Assembly: GCA_022711175.1 (NCBI GenBank)
Contig: JAKLFM010000002.1
Coordinates: forward strand, 1,274 to 65,273
DNA length: 64,000 bases
Reading direction: 5' to 3'
Source: Bacteroidota bacterium
GTDB taxonomy: Bacteria; Bacteroidota; Bacteroidia; Bacteroidales; UBA4417
Made by a program: the position numbers and the translations under genes
Part shown: in pieces, positions 25,967 through 34,984 of the stretch
How the letters are laid out: each line of letters begins with the position of its first letter
Numbering within the stretch: position 1 is the stretch's first letter
Notes under the pieces: model-generated
Database searches by the model: none
The model's input: the letters and a program-made list of their open reading frames with translations, nothing else
What the model was told of the DNA's origin: nothing

Positions 25967-26911
25967 ATGAACTCAAGTGAATTCAGCCGGCAGGAGTATA
26001 CAGCCCGCATCAACCGCGTGATGGATTACATCGGGAAGAACCTCGGCGACCAGATTGACCTGTCGGTTATGGCCGAAATCGCTTCGTTTTCGCCATACCA
26101 TTTTCACAGGATATTTACGTTTATTGTCGGTGAAACGTCTGCTGACTTTGTCTCGCGGATCAGGCTTGAGAAAGCGGCACAATTACTTCGCGATGATACG
26201 AAATCAACGGTAGGCGATATTGCCTTCAGGTGCGGTTTTGTGAACATTTCTTCTTTCAGCCGGGTGTTCAGGAGCTATTTCGGCATGACCACCAGGGAGT
26301 TTCGCGAACAGGAAAAAGCCATTTTTGTGAAGGACGGTATCAGATATGGCAAGAATTGCAAACCGGTGAGCAAGATTGGTAAACATGTTCAGCAGGTAAA
26401 CGATCAATTTTGCAGTGTCGATTATAAACAACTCATCATTATGGACACGAAAATTGAAATTAAGCAGATGCCGGAACTGCATCTAATCTATTGCCGTCAC
26501 ATGGGCGCTTTCAACAAAATTGGCCAGGCTTATGAAAAGCTTTACCGCTGGGCAGGCCCCCGCGGACTGGTGACACCTGCTGCCCGCACCGTGACGGTGT
26601 ATCACGACGATCCGGCAATCACCAGCATCGATAAGGTGCGCCAGGATGCAAGCCTCGTGGTTAAGGGCGATGTAAAGGTCGAAGGCGAAATAGGCAAGTC
26701 AACCATCCCGGGCGGCAAGTATGCCGTGGGTCATTTTGAGATCAGGGAAACCGAATTTGAGCAGGCATGGAATACCATGTGTTCGTGGCTTACCGAAAGC
26801 GGCTACCAGCCCGGTGAAGGCCCTACCTATGAGTATTACCACAACGATTACAACGAACACCCCGAACACAAATTTATCGTGGACATCTGCCTGCCCGTGA
26901 AACCGTTGTAA
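25967..26911 (+). CDS. AraC-family transcriptional regulator with a GyrI-like effector-binding C-terminal domain
   Basis: AraC HTH: IAFRCGFVNISSFSRVFRSYFGMTTREFR. The C-terminal half (GGKYAVGHFEIRETEFEQAWNTMCSWL) is GyrI/SOUL-like. Confidence 0.85.
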   Translation: MNSSEFSRQEYTARINRVMDYIGKNLGDQIDLSVMAEIASFSPYHFHRIFTFIVGETSADFVSRIRLEKAAQLLRDDTKSTVGDIAFRCGFVNISSFSRVFRSYFGMTTREFREQEKAIFVKDGIRYGKNCKPVSKIGKHVQQVNDQFCSVDYKQLIIMDTKIEIKQMPELHLIYCRHMGAFNKIGQAYEKLYRWAGPRGLVTPAARTVTVYHDDPAITSIDKVRQDASLVVKGDVKVEGEIGKSTIPGGKYAVGHFEIRETEFEQAWNTMCSWLTESGYQPGEGPTYEYYHNDYNEHPEHKFIVDICLPVKPL

Positions 26912-26935
26912 ATTGCTCTGAGAATCTTTGCAACA

Positions 26936-26970
26936 GCTCCGTGATAGGTTTTCACGGGGCTTTATTGTTT
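26936..26970 (+). terminator. Rho-independent terminator after the AraC-family gene
   Basis: 9-bp stem GCTCCGTGA / TCACGGGGC (one G-U pair), 7-nt loop, then TTTATTGTTT. Confidence 0.6.
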
Positions 26971-27117
26971 CATATAGATTATTAGGAGCTAGTTGCTAGT
27001 AAAACTTAAACTATTGTGGATTGGCACAGATTAATCCATCGGAACAGTGCCACTTGGATATTCAACCTTAGGCTAAACGGCTCGCGGCTCTGGGTCCCAA
27101 GTCCATGTCAACAGGGT

Positions 27118-27621
27118 TCATAAATCTTTCAGTTTTGCCTTTTCAGCTTTTTGATTAGCATTTATATCTGTGTAACCAATTTGAAAGTATATATCGCTAT
27201 TCTTTTGTTTGAAAGCAATCAATATCATCGTTGAATTAACTTTATCTACCCATCTCGCCATATCATTAGTAACATCTTGAATGCCATATTTTAGATCATA
27301 TTTTCTTTTGAAGTTATTGAATAATTCCTGTGCTTCTATTAAACTTAAATCAGTAACTGAAAATATGCCAGAATATAGTTTGTTGTCATAGAAATGAAGA
27401 ATCAACGTGAATATGGTTCCGTAGAAGTTTACGTTAGGAATAACATAAGAGTAGTTAAGTGAATCAAATAGAATTGGATTTTCAGTTTGCCTTTCTGAAA
27501 GCACTTTGAAAGCTTCTTCTTTTGAGCAACCCAATTTTAATCCCATAAATCCTGTAATTTCCTGTTTTTGGGAGTAACAGAATATTGGAACTAACACAAG
27601 AATTAATAAAACATTTTTCAT
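27118..27621 (-). CDS. hypothetical secreted protein (167 aa), AT-rich gene
   Basis: Signal peptide MKNVLLILVLVPIFCYSQ. No motif recognised. Markedly lower GC than the flanks. Confidence 0.6.
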   Translation of the reverse strand: MKNVLLILVLVPIFCYSQKQEITGFMGLKLGCSKEEAFKVLSERQTENPILFDSLNYSYVIPNVNFYGTIFTLILHFYDNKLYSGIFSVTDLSLIEAQELFNNFKRKYDLKYGIQDVTNDMARWVDKVNSTMILIAFKQKNSDIYFQIGYTDINANQKAEKAKLKDL

Positions 27622-27766
27622 AGATCTTTCCTTATATTGTTTTTCTGCTGAGTATTCAACTAGAAGGTGTATATTCCACGCAAATGTATTGTATTAATGC
27701 AATTATTATGACAGTTGTGATAATCTGATATTTCATCTTTAATAAATGAGTGGCTTAATTAATTAA

Positions 27767-28543
27767 TTAATTAATCTGAGAATCAAATTCAAGCCTATCA
27801 CAAAGTAAAATATACATATGCTCGATCGTATTTTTAATTGATAGCAGTTCTTTACTTGCAATACTTACATTTCCTTCCAAATATCTTGCTTTGGTTCTTA
27901 TACCTGAAAGTTTGTTAAATGCCTTACGTCTTTCAATTTCAAAATCTGACTTCGAGTGTTTATATCGATAGTTGAATTCAGTAGAAATAATCTTATGACT
28001 AGTTTTTCCAAGGATGCTTTTATTTGCCTGAAGAAGTAAATCTGTTTTTGCTAAAAGTTCAATCGTACTAAAAGCATTGTCTATAAAAGCGAATACATAA
28101 TTTTTATCTAATGTAAAATTACTAGCATCAAGAAACTCTTTTGCAACTTTAAGATATTCAATACAAAGGAGTTTATTGTATCGAAAATCGAAAGTTAGCT
28201 GATAACCGTCTTTGAAAAGGATTAGAGTAGAGTGTCCGCAATTTGAAAAATCCTTTTCATTCAATTTGACATACTCAACTTCTTTGAGTTCTGGCCAAAA
28301 ACTTGAATGAGTACGATTAATGCCTTCTTTAAGTTTAACTTCTACTGACACCTCTTCGTTTAATCTTACTATATATGGACGGCCATCTGGAAAGAAAATA
28401 GCCTGAGCGGCGAATAAAACGAAATTCTCAGGAAGAGTATTTAACTGTTTGCGTCTTTCAATCTCAGGATTAAAAAACAAATCCATATTATTCTTAAAGA
28501 CATTGTATGCTGCTTTCGAATTGTCAAATAGTGCAGAGTCCAT
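27767..28543 (-). CDS. hypothetical protein (258 aa) with a HEPN-like C-terminal four-helix region
   Basis: The C-terminal half fits the classic HEPN layout by eye: AKEFLDASNFTL..FAFIDNAFSTIELLAKTDLL, then KTSHKIISTEF, then FNKLSGIRTKARYLEG. The N-terminal ~120 aa is unassigned. AT-rich. Confidence 0.45.
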   Translation of the reverse strand: MDSALFDNSKAAYNVFKNNMDLFFNPEIERRKQLNTLPENFVLFAAQAIFFPDGRPYIVRLNEEVSVEVKLKEGINRTHSSFWPELKEVEYVKLNEKDFSNCGHSTLILFKDGYQLTFDFRYNKLLCIEYLKVAKEFLDASNFTLDKNYVFAFIDNAFSTIELLAKTDLLLQANKSILGKTSHKIISTEFNYRYKHSKSDFEIERRKAFNKLSGIRTKARYLEGNVSIASKELLSIKNTIEHMYILLCDRLEFDSQIN

Positions 28544-28573
28544 TCTTTTTTAAACTAAATTTTTGTACCTATC

Positions 28574-28897
28574 TCAATCCCAATGAAACAACTCTTCCAT
28601 ATTCGTCCACCAGTCGGTTGGTCCGGCTGATTCAACCGGCTGCTGGCAGGGGATGCACTCTTTCCACCATTCCTGCGTAAGCGGATCGGCGGCCATTTTG
28701 GCCATATCGGCTTCATAATCATTGCCGGTGTACTCAAAATAAGCAAACAGGAAGCCTTCACGATGAAAGATGGTGTAGTTCCTTATGTTGCACCGGCTTA
28801 TCATGTCGAGAACGCCCGGCCACACAGCTGCATGGAGCTTTTTGTATTCCTCGTATTTTTCGAGCCTGAGCCGGATAATTTGTCCGTAACGTTTCAT
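28574..28897 (-). CDS. rhaM: L-rhamnose mutarotase family protein
   Basis: 107 aa. YGQIIRLRLEKYEEYKKLHAAVWPGVLDMI...NYTIFHREGFLFAYFEY matches my memory of the YiiL/RhaM family. Confidence 0.8.
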   Translation of the reverse strand: MKRYGQIIRLRLEKYEEYKKLHAAVWPGVLDMISRCNIRNYTIFHREGFLFAYFEYTGNDYEADMAKMAADPLTQEWWKECIPCQQPVESAGPTDWWTNMEELFHWD

Positions 28898-29363
28898 GGT
28901 TTATGAATGTTTTGAGCAAATATATTGATGATATCCATCAAAAAATGTTCACACTCCGAATTTAGCCTGATAGCGCTTTGCTTAATTTGTCATCGCAAGG
29001 GAATGACATTATGAAAATTCAGATAGTTTTCAAGGGAAGGATCATAACGAGGGGCTTGCGCAAGCGATACAGAAGCATGGGCAGGATTGTGTGATGGCGC
29101 GGCTTGTGTCGCGCAGCAGATCCGACCCGTAGAAAACAATGAATTTTCATAAAGTCTTGACTTTTTCTTTGTTACTTTCTTTTGTGGCAAGACAAAAGAA
29201 AGTAAGAGAAACTACAATTCTCTTAAGATTATATACATATTGCAATCTCACTCCAGAACCAAATTAATAAGTTAGGTTGAGAGGCTAAGCCTTGGATTTA
29301 CATGCATAAAGGTAACCTAACAGATCGCAACTCTTCTTAATTTTACCCCGAAAAATTAACTGC

Positions 29364-30143
29364 ATGTCCTGGCTTGTCATTACTGCGCTTATTGTTTCCG
29401 GTGTTTTCGTGGGGTTTATCAATACACTGGCCGGCGGCGGAACCATCATCTCGCTTTCACTGTTTATGCTGCTGGGCTTGCCTGCCAACATAGCCAACGG
29501 CACCAACCGCGTGGCTGTCATCCTTCAAAACCTTACCTCAGTAAGTCAGTTCAGAAAACAAAACCTGCTCGATTTCAAAAAAGCCAATAAACTGGCCATC
29601 CCCACCATGATCGGGGCTATGGTCGGCGCTCAAATCGCCAGCGATATCAACGAAAACATTTTCAGGAAAGCTGTTGCCGTGGTGATGCTGGTGATGGTTT
29701 ATTTCATTGTTACAAAACCATCGCAATGGCTCAAAGGCACACAGGCATTGCAGGAAAAACCTGTTTCGTGGCTGCAGGTTGCCATCTTCTTCCTTATAGG
29801 CGTTTACGGCGGGTTTGTGCAGGTTGGCGTCGGCTACTTCATACTGGCCGGCGTGGTGCTTGGCGCCGGTTACGACCTGGTAAAAGCCAATGCCATCAAA
29901 GTGTGGATTGTACTGCTTTACACTCCGCTGGCACTCATCATCTTCATCCTTAACGACCAGGTAAACTGGACGTACGGACTTGTTCACGCTATTGGCAACA
30001 TCATTGGAGCATTCATCGCGTCGAGATTTGCCGTGAGCTGGGGAGCCAATTTTGTCCGCTGGGTCATCATTGTCGTAATTTTGGTATTCTCATCCGACCT
30101 GCTCGGAATTATCAACATAAGGGAAATGATCACACAGATCTGA
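29364..30143 (+). CDS. TauE/SafE (TSUP) family anion exporter
   Basis: Eight hydrophobic segments. NTLAGGGTIISLSLFMLLGLPANIANGTNR. Confidence 0.85.
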   Translation: MSWLVITALIVSGVFVGFINTLAGGGTIISLSLFMLLGLPANIANGTNRVAVILQNLTSVSQFRKQNLLDFKKANKLAIPTMIGAMVGAQIASDINENIFRKAVAVVMLVMVYFIVTKPSQWLKGTQALQEKPVSWLQVAIFFLIGVYGGFVQVGVGYFILAGVVLGAGYDLVKANAIKVWIVLLYTPLALIIFILNDQVNWTYGLVHAIGNIIGAFIASRFAVSWGANFVRWVIIVVILVFSSDLLGIINIREMITQI

Positions 30144-30197
30144 AGCCCTTTGCCAGGAGTAGTTCTATTTGTAAGGATCACATAAAGAAACGCTTAG

Positions 30198-31187
30198 TTG
30201 AAACTCTACCAACACATCTTCATTTGCATCATCTTACTTATCGGCACGGGTTTATATGCCCAAAACGGTAAGTATGCACTGGTAATTCATGGCGGTGCGG
30301 GAAATATCAGGCCCGAGAACCTGCAGGCAGAAGTAGCTACCAGCTATGAAGCAAAGCTGAAAGAAGTTCTCAGGCTTGGCGATTCCATCCTGTGTGCCGG
30401 CGGTACAAGCTTTGATGCTGTTGAAGCATGCATCAGGATGATGGAAGATTGCCCTTTATTTAATGCCGGTAAAGGTGCCGTATTCAATGCCGAAGGCAAA
30501 AACGAGATGGATGCATCGGTGATGGATGGGAAAACAGGTCTGGCAGGAGCCGTTGCCGGAGTTACAACAATTAAAAACCCGATCAGCGCCGCACGTTCCG
30601 TGATGGAAAAATCGCAGCATGTGATGCTGAGCGGCAAAGGGGCTGAAATATTCGCTGCTTCACAAGGCCTGGAAATAGTAGCTCAGGACTACTTCTTTAC
30701 CCGGGAACGATGGAATGATTACCTTAAAGCCAGGCAGAAAGCTGATTCACTGGAACTTATTGATAAAAAGCACGGAACAGTAGGATGCGTGGCATTGGAT
30801 AAATATGGCAACCTGGCTGCGGGAACATCAACAGGGGGAATGACGATGAAGAAATACGGGCGAATCGGCGATTCTCCCATCATAGGAGCAGGAACGTATG
30901 CCGATAACAACACCTGCGCCGTTTCGGCAACCGGCCACGGTGAATTCTTCATCAGGAATGTAGTTGCCTACGATATTTCGGCGCTTATGAAATACAAAGG
31001 ACTCAGTTTACTGGATGCCACCAACGAAGTGATCATGAAAAAACTGAAAAGCCAGGGCGGAAATGGCGGTGTGATAGCAGTGGATAAAAACGGTAATATT
31101 GCAATGACTTTCAACACTGCAGGAATGTTCAGGGGATATGTGAAAGCCGGCGGCGAAATGAAAGTGGCTTTGTTTAGTGACAATTAA
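30198..31187 (+). CDS. isoaspartyl peptidase / L-asparaginase (Ntn hydrolase)
   Basis: Signal peptide. LVIHGGAGN. Autoprocessing site HGTVGCVALD. TTL G start in the ORF track is TTG. Confidence 0.9.
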   Translation: MKLYQHIFICIILLIGTGLYAQNGKYALVIHGGAGNIRPENLQAEVATSYEAKLKEVLRLGDSILCAGGTSFDAVEACIRMMEDCPLFNAGKGAVFNAEGKNEMDASVMDGKTGLAGAVAGVTTIKNPISAARSVMEKSQHVMLSGKGAEIFAASQGLEIVAQDYFFTRERWNDYLKARQKADSLELIDKKHGTVGCVALDKYGNLAAGTSTGGMTMKKYGRIGDSPIIGAGTYADNNTCAVSATGHGEFFIRNVVAYDISALMKYKGLSLLDATNEVIMKKLKSQGGNGGVIAVDKNGNIAMTFNTAGMFRGYVKAGGEMKVALFSDN

Positions 31188-31365
31188 GCCGGAATATGAG
31201 GTTGTCTTACAAAGCCCACTTTGTGGATTTAGAGTCAACTTTATGCTCTTTATGGAATTATAAATCGCTGTTACACAGAGATGCACAGAGAAGGCACAGA
31301 GTTACACAAAGAGCAGCTGAGAATAATTTGTTTACCTAAGATTGCCTTTTTACAAAGATTCAGAC

Positions 31366-31905
31366 ATGGAAGATCTCAACACGACTCCATATGTACGTCC
31401 CACCTGGGACGAATATTTCATGGAAGTGTCGCGCACCATTGCCAAGCGCGCCACCTGCGATCGCGGGCGCAGCGGTTGCGTGATTGCGCGCAACAAGCAG
31501 ATACTGGTCACAGGATACGTTGGTTCACCGGTAGGATTGCCGCATTGCGATGATGTTGGGCATCTTTTTAAACAGGTAACCCACGAGGACGGCAAAGTGA
31601 CCAACCATTGCGTGCGTACCGTTCATGCCGAGCAAAATGCCATCTGCCAGGCAGCGCGCTTAGGCATTTCGCTCGAAGGCAGCACCTTGTATTGCAAAAT
31701 GACCCCATGCCGCACCTGCGCTATGCTCATCATCAATTGCGGGATAAAACGGGTGGTCTGCGAATTCAAATACCACTCGGGGTCGGAGTCGGAAGAGATG
31801 TTTTCGCAAGCCGGTATTGAGCTTTCGTATGTAAATGCTGAAGTGCTGCAATATGCACGGCAACAGGCTGACGAAGACCAGCAAACGAATGAGACGGTTC
31901 AATAA
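31366..31905 (+). CDS. comEB: dCMP deaminase (ComEB family)
   Basis: Zinc motifs VHAEQNAI and PCRTCAMLI. WDEYFMEVSRTIAKRATC. Start moved from the TTG at 31342 to ATG 31366 (MEDLNTT). Confidence 0.85.
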   Translation: MEDLNTTPYVRPTWDEYFMEVSRTIAKRATCDRGRSGCVIARNKQILVTGYVGSPVGLPHCDDVGHLFKQVTHEDGKVTNHCVRTVHAEQNAICQAARLGISLEGSTLYCKMTPCRTCAMLIINCGIKRVVCEFKYHSGSESEEMFSQAGIELSYVNAEVLQYARQQADEDQQTNETVQ

Positions 31906-31916
31906 ACGACAAATAA

Positions 31917-32969
31917 TCAGACAGTTATAAGCTTTGCTGCCGAAGCCTTGAAATGAACCCATATCGTTTTTCCCCGCTGTAAACCAAGCTTTTCGGCTGA
32001 TTCACGGCTTACCTGCGCATGAAGCGGGATGCCGATATTCACCACAACCTCTTCACCGTTTCTAACGGGGTAAATATCCTCAACAATTCCCTCGAAATTG
32101 TTCAGGGCGCTGCTTTCGAAATTTTCGGCCGAGAGCAGGATGTCCTCATTCCTTATCAGCAAATAGCCTGTATCAGAGTTAGTTACACAGTTCAGGGTAA
32201 TGGGAACATTTTCATGCGGATATGCCGTTACCAGGTCATGCTTTCTTTCGATCCTTACCCTGAAAAAATTCCTGATGCCGGCAAAGTGAGCCACAAAACC
32301 GCTCACGGGATTACTGAAGACTTCATGAGGCGTTCCTGTCTGTACGATTTTACCGTTGTCAATAATGGCAATGCGGTCGGCGAGTGAAACGGCTTCATCA
32401 AAATCGTGTGTCACGTGGATGATGGTCTGGCCATCCCGGTTGATTTGCCTTAGCAAAGCGCGCAGGTCCGATTTAAGCATGCTGTCGATGGAAGCCAGCG
32501 GTTCGTCGAGCAATAAAACTTTCGGTTTTTGCACCAGTGCACGGGCAAGGGCTACACGCTGCAACTCTCCGCCCGATAGTGTTGCGGGACGCCTGTTCAA
32601 CAAATGGCTGATCTGTAAAGTGCTGATAATCGGTTTGATGCGCTTTGATCTTTCTTCTGCTGTTAAATGCCTGTGCTTAAGAGGATAGGAAATATTCTCA
32701 TTCACTGTTAAATGCGGAAACACGGCGTGGTCCTGGAAAACCAGCCCGATCTCGCGCTGTTGAATTTTTTCATTCGAAATCTCTTTTCCCTTTAGCTTGA
32801 TTGAGCCTTCATGGATTTTATTCAATCCGGCAATGGCTTCGAGCAGCAACGATTTTCCCGCACCTGACTCGCCAAGAAGTATAAAATATTCACCATCAGC
32901 AACTTCGAAGCTAATGTTCTTCAGGTGAAAACCCGGCAACGAAAGGCTCAAATTGTCAATCTTAAGCAT
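31917..32969 (-). CDS. ABC transporter ATP-binding protein, molybdate/tungstate type with a TOBE-like C-terminus
   Basis: GESGAGKS, LSGGELQRVALARAL and LLLDEPLASID. The C-terminal ~110 aa resemble a TOBE/Mop domain. Confidence 0.8.
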   Translation of the reverse strand: MLKIDNLSLSLPGFHLKNISFEVADGEYFILLGESGAGKSLLLEAIAGLNKIHEGSIKLKGKEISNEKIQQREIGLVFQDHAVFPHLTVNENISYPLKHRHLTAEERSKRIKPIISTLQISHLLNRRPATLSGGELQRVALARALVQKPKVLLLDEPLASIDSMLKSDLRALLRQINRDGQTIIHVTHDFDEAVSLADRIAIIDNGKIVQTGTPHEVFSNPVSGFVAHFAGIRNFFRVRIERKHDLVTAYPHENVPITLNCVTNSDTGYLLIRNEDILLSAENFESSALNNFEGIVEDIYPVRNGEEVVVNIGIPLHAQVSRESAEKLGLQRGKTIWVHFKASAAKLITV

Positions 32970-33759
32970 GATGCACAGGTTTTTGTTCCTTATTACGTGC
33001 CAGCATGCGCAGCAGTATGAAAACCGCCAGCGAGATCAGGATAAACAGCACTGAAACCGGCCTGGCATATTTCAGCCCGAAAGCGCCGAAACGCTCATAG
33101 ATAAGTATTGGCGATATCATCGGGTGGTATGCGACCATGATCACGGCGCCAAATTCGCTCATACCCCGGGCAAACATCAGGATAAGCCCCGACAGGATAT
33201 TCCGCCATGCCAGTGGTAATGCAATGGTAAAGAACACCCTCGAAGGTGATGCACCCAACGTGAGTGCTGCTTTTTCGAGCCTTTCGGGTACGGCGCTGAA
33301 ACCATCGCGGGCAGCATTGATGAGGAAAGGAAGGCTCACAAAGGCCATGGCAACCGCAATTCCGGCAGGATGCCCTACAAAATCAAGCCCAATGGCCGAT
33401 CCGGCTTTTCCCAATAACGAGTTGCGCGAAACGAAGCCCAGTATGGCAATACCTGCGGCCGAATGCGGAATTACTATCGGTAAATCAATAATACCGGTTA
33501 CTATGCTTTTGAGCGGGAAACTTTTCCTGGCAAGCAGGTATGAAAAAGGAATGGCTGCCACTGAAAAAACTACTGTTGCGGCCAACGAGACCCAAAGTGT
33601 GAGCTTAATACTCTGCTGAACTTCAATATCTTTCGCTGTTTCGAACAGGTCAGCCGGGCTGGTTGCAACAAACATCCCTGCCAGCGGAGCGATGATGAAC
33701 AGCAGGATAAGCGCCGACGCGAGTACAACAATGAGTTGAAACGGTGTGAAGGATTTCAT
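32962..33759 (-). CDS. ABC transporter permease (MetI-like)
   Basis: EAA-type loop EKAALTLGASPSRVFFTIALPLAWRNI. 8-nt overlap with the ATPase gene. Start moved from the TTG at 33777 to ATG 33759 (MKSFTPFQL). Confidence 0.85.
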   Translation of the reverse strand: MKSFTPFQLIVVLASALILLFIIAPLAGMFVATSPADLFETAKDIEVQQSIKLTLWVSLAATVVFSVAAIPFSYLLARKSFPLKSIVTGIIDLPIVIPHSAAGIAILGFVSRNSLLGKAGSAIGLDFVGHPAGIAVAMAFVSLPFLINAARDGFSAVPERLEKAALTLGASPSRVFFTIALPLAWRNILSGLILMFARGMSEFGAVIMVAYHPMISPILIYERFGAFGLKYARPVSVLFILISLAVFILLRMLARNKEQKPVHHA

Positions 33760-33917
33760 CGGAGAGTCAAAAGGCAAAGAGGAAGAGGTTGAATCAGGGT
33801 TTAAGTTTACCCTTCGACAAGCTCAGGGTGATAAGTTTCAAGTTTCTTGTTTAAGGCAGTTTATAATTGGTTAAAGATTTTTGTTTCAGGGTTTAATTTG
33901 TTGTTGTTCATTCGTTT

Positions 33918-34889
33918 TCACTTTTTTACAAAGGGTTTAAGTGAAGCTGGCACTTTATCATAATTGCCAACTTTCATCGGGACAACGGATGGCTGTCCAT
34001 TTTTAAGCATGATTTTCTGCCCTTTCTCTTTATTGAGCAGGAATTCGGCAAATGCCAGCGCGGCAGCCTTGTTAGGTGCATCGCGCAGTATGGTGAAGCT
34101 GTATATCATCGGTTCGCCGGTCATCGTTACTTTTTCACCCGGGGCTTTTCCGTTAATGTCAACTTTGGCAGTGGCATACTCAGCGGCAAATGCAGGATTT
34201 TTCAGATTGATCTGGTCGGGGAGGATAAGGTATTTGAGGTTGTGCTGAACGGCAACACTGCGGTAGAGAAAAATATAATCCACCGAGCCGGTTTCGAGCA
34301 GTGCAAGCAGGTCGGTTTCTTTAGGACGCATATAAGCCTGGTCCTTGCCGGTAAACTGCTTCTGTAATCCCGGCCGTTTGTAATATTTTTCAGCCAGCTG
34401 CAGCATCATGAGCGTGCGGTATCCGCATGGATCGGCATTGGGATCGGAACGGCCATAGATCACATCCGGCTGACGGAGGATATTCATCCAGTTTTTCGCA
34501 TTTATTTTCTCGGAATACCTTGATTTTTCATTGTACACTACGCATAACTCGTTGCCGGCGAACTTAATATTCCAGTCGGCGAACTTCGGTATCAGCATAT
34601 TGTCAATCACGGCATAATCGGCCGAAGCCATAATGTCGCAGGGCTTTCCGAGATCGGTGATCTTCCTGGCCGAAGCCACCGAACCGGCAGCTTCCATCAT
34701 GATATTCACACCGGGATTCGCCTTTTTAAATTCATCAGCTACCTCCTTCAATGGCACCGACAGGCTGCCGGCATGAAAGATGATCAGATCGCCGTTTACT
34801 TTTGCGTTGCTCTGGCAAAATGCAGAATATGAGCTTATTGACAATAATGCAGAGAACAAAAGAAGACGTATAACCGTATTAAATTTCAT
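33918..34889 (-). CDS. periplasmic substrate-binding protein, probably molybdate/tungstate (ModA/WtpA-like)
   Basis: Signal peptide MKFNTVIRLLLFSALLSISSYSAFCQ. IIFHAGSLSVPL. The substrate assignment rests on operon context. Confidence 0.75.
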   Translation of the reverse strand: MKFNTVIRLLLFSALLSISSYSAFCQSNAKVNGDLIIFHAGSLSVPLKEVADEFKKANPGVNIMMEAAGSVASARKITDLGKPCDIMASADYAVIDNMLIPKFADWNIKFAGNELCVVYNEKSRYSEKINAKNWMNILRQPDVIYGRSDPNADPCGYRTLMMLQLAEKYYKRPGLQKQFTGKDQAYMRPKETDLLALLETGSVDYIFLYRSVAVQHNLKYLILPDQINLKNPAFAAEYATAKVDINGKAPGEKVTMTGEPMIYSFTILRDAPNKAAALAFAEFLLNKEKGQKIMLKNGQPSVVPMKVGNYDKVPASLKPFVKK

Positions 34890-34984
34890 GGATTTGTATG
34901 GTTAAATCATGACAAAGATAGAAAACGATATGTAAACCCGGGCATAACGGATTTGTTCAGGATTGTGATTGTCTGGAAAGCGGG

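Noticed and set aside
28990-29190. 66-aa minus-strand ORF in the rhaM/TauE intergenic region
   Set aside because: The sequence is low-complexity (MPQKKVTKKKSRLYENSL…) and is generated by reading through the hairpin and REP-like words. There is no start context or conservation signal.
34890-34984. Moco or other riboswitch upstream of the molybdate/tungstate-type transporter (similarly a TPP element near thiL)
   Set aside because: The leader is only about 95 nt and shows none of the conserved stems or motifs I would expect. I see nothing comparable upstream of thiL either.
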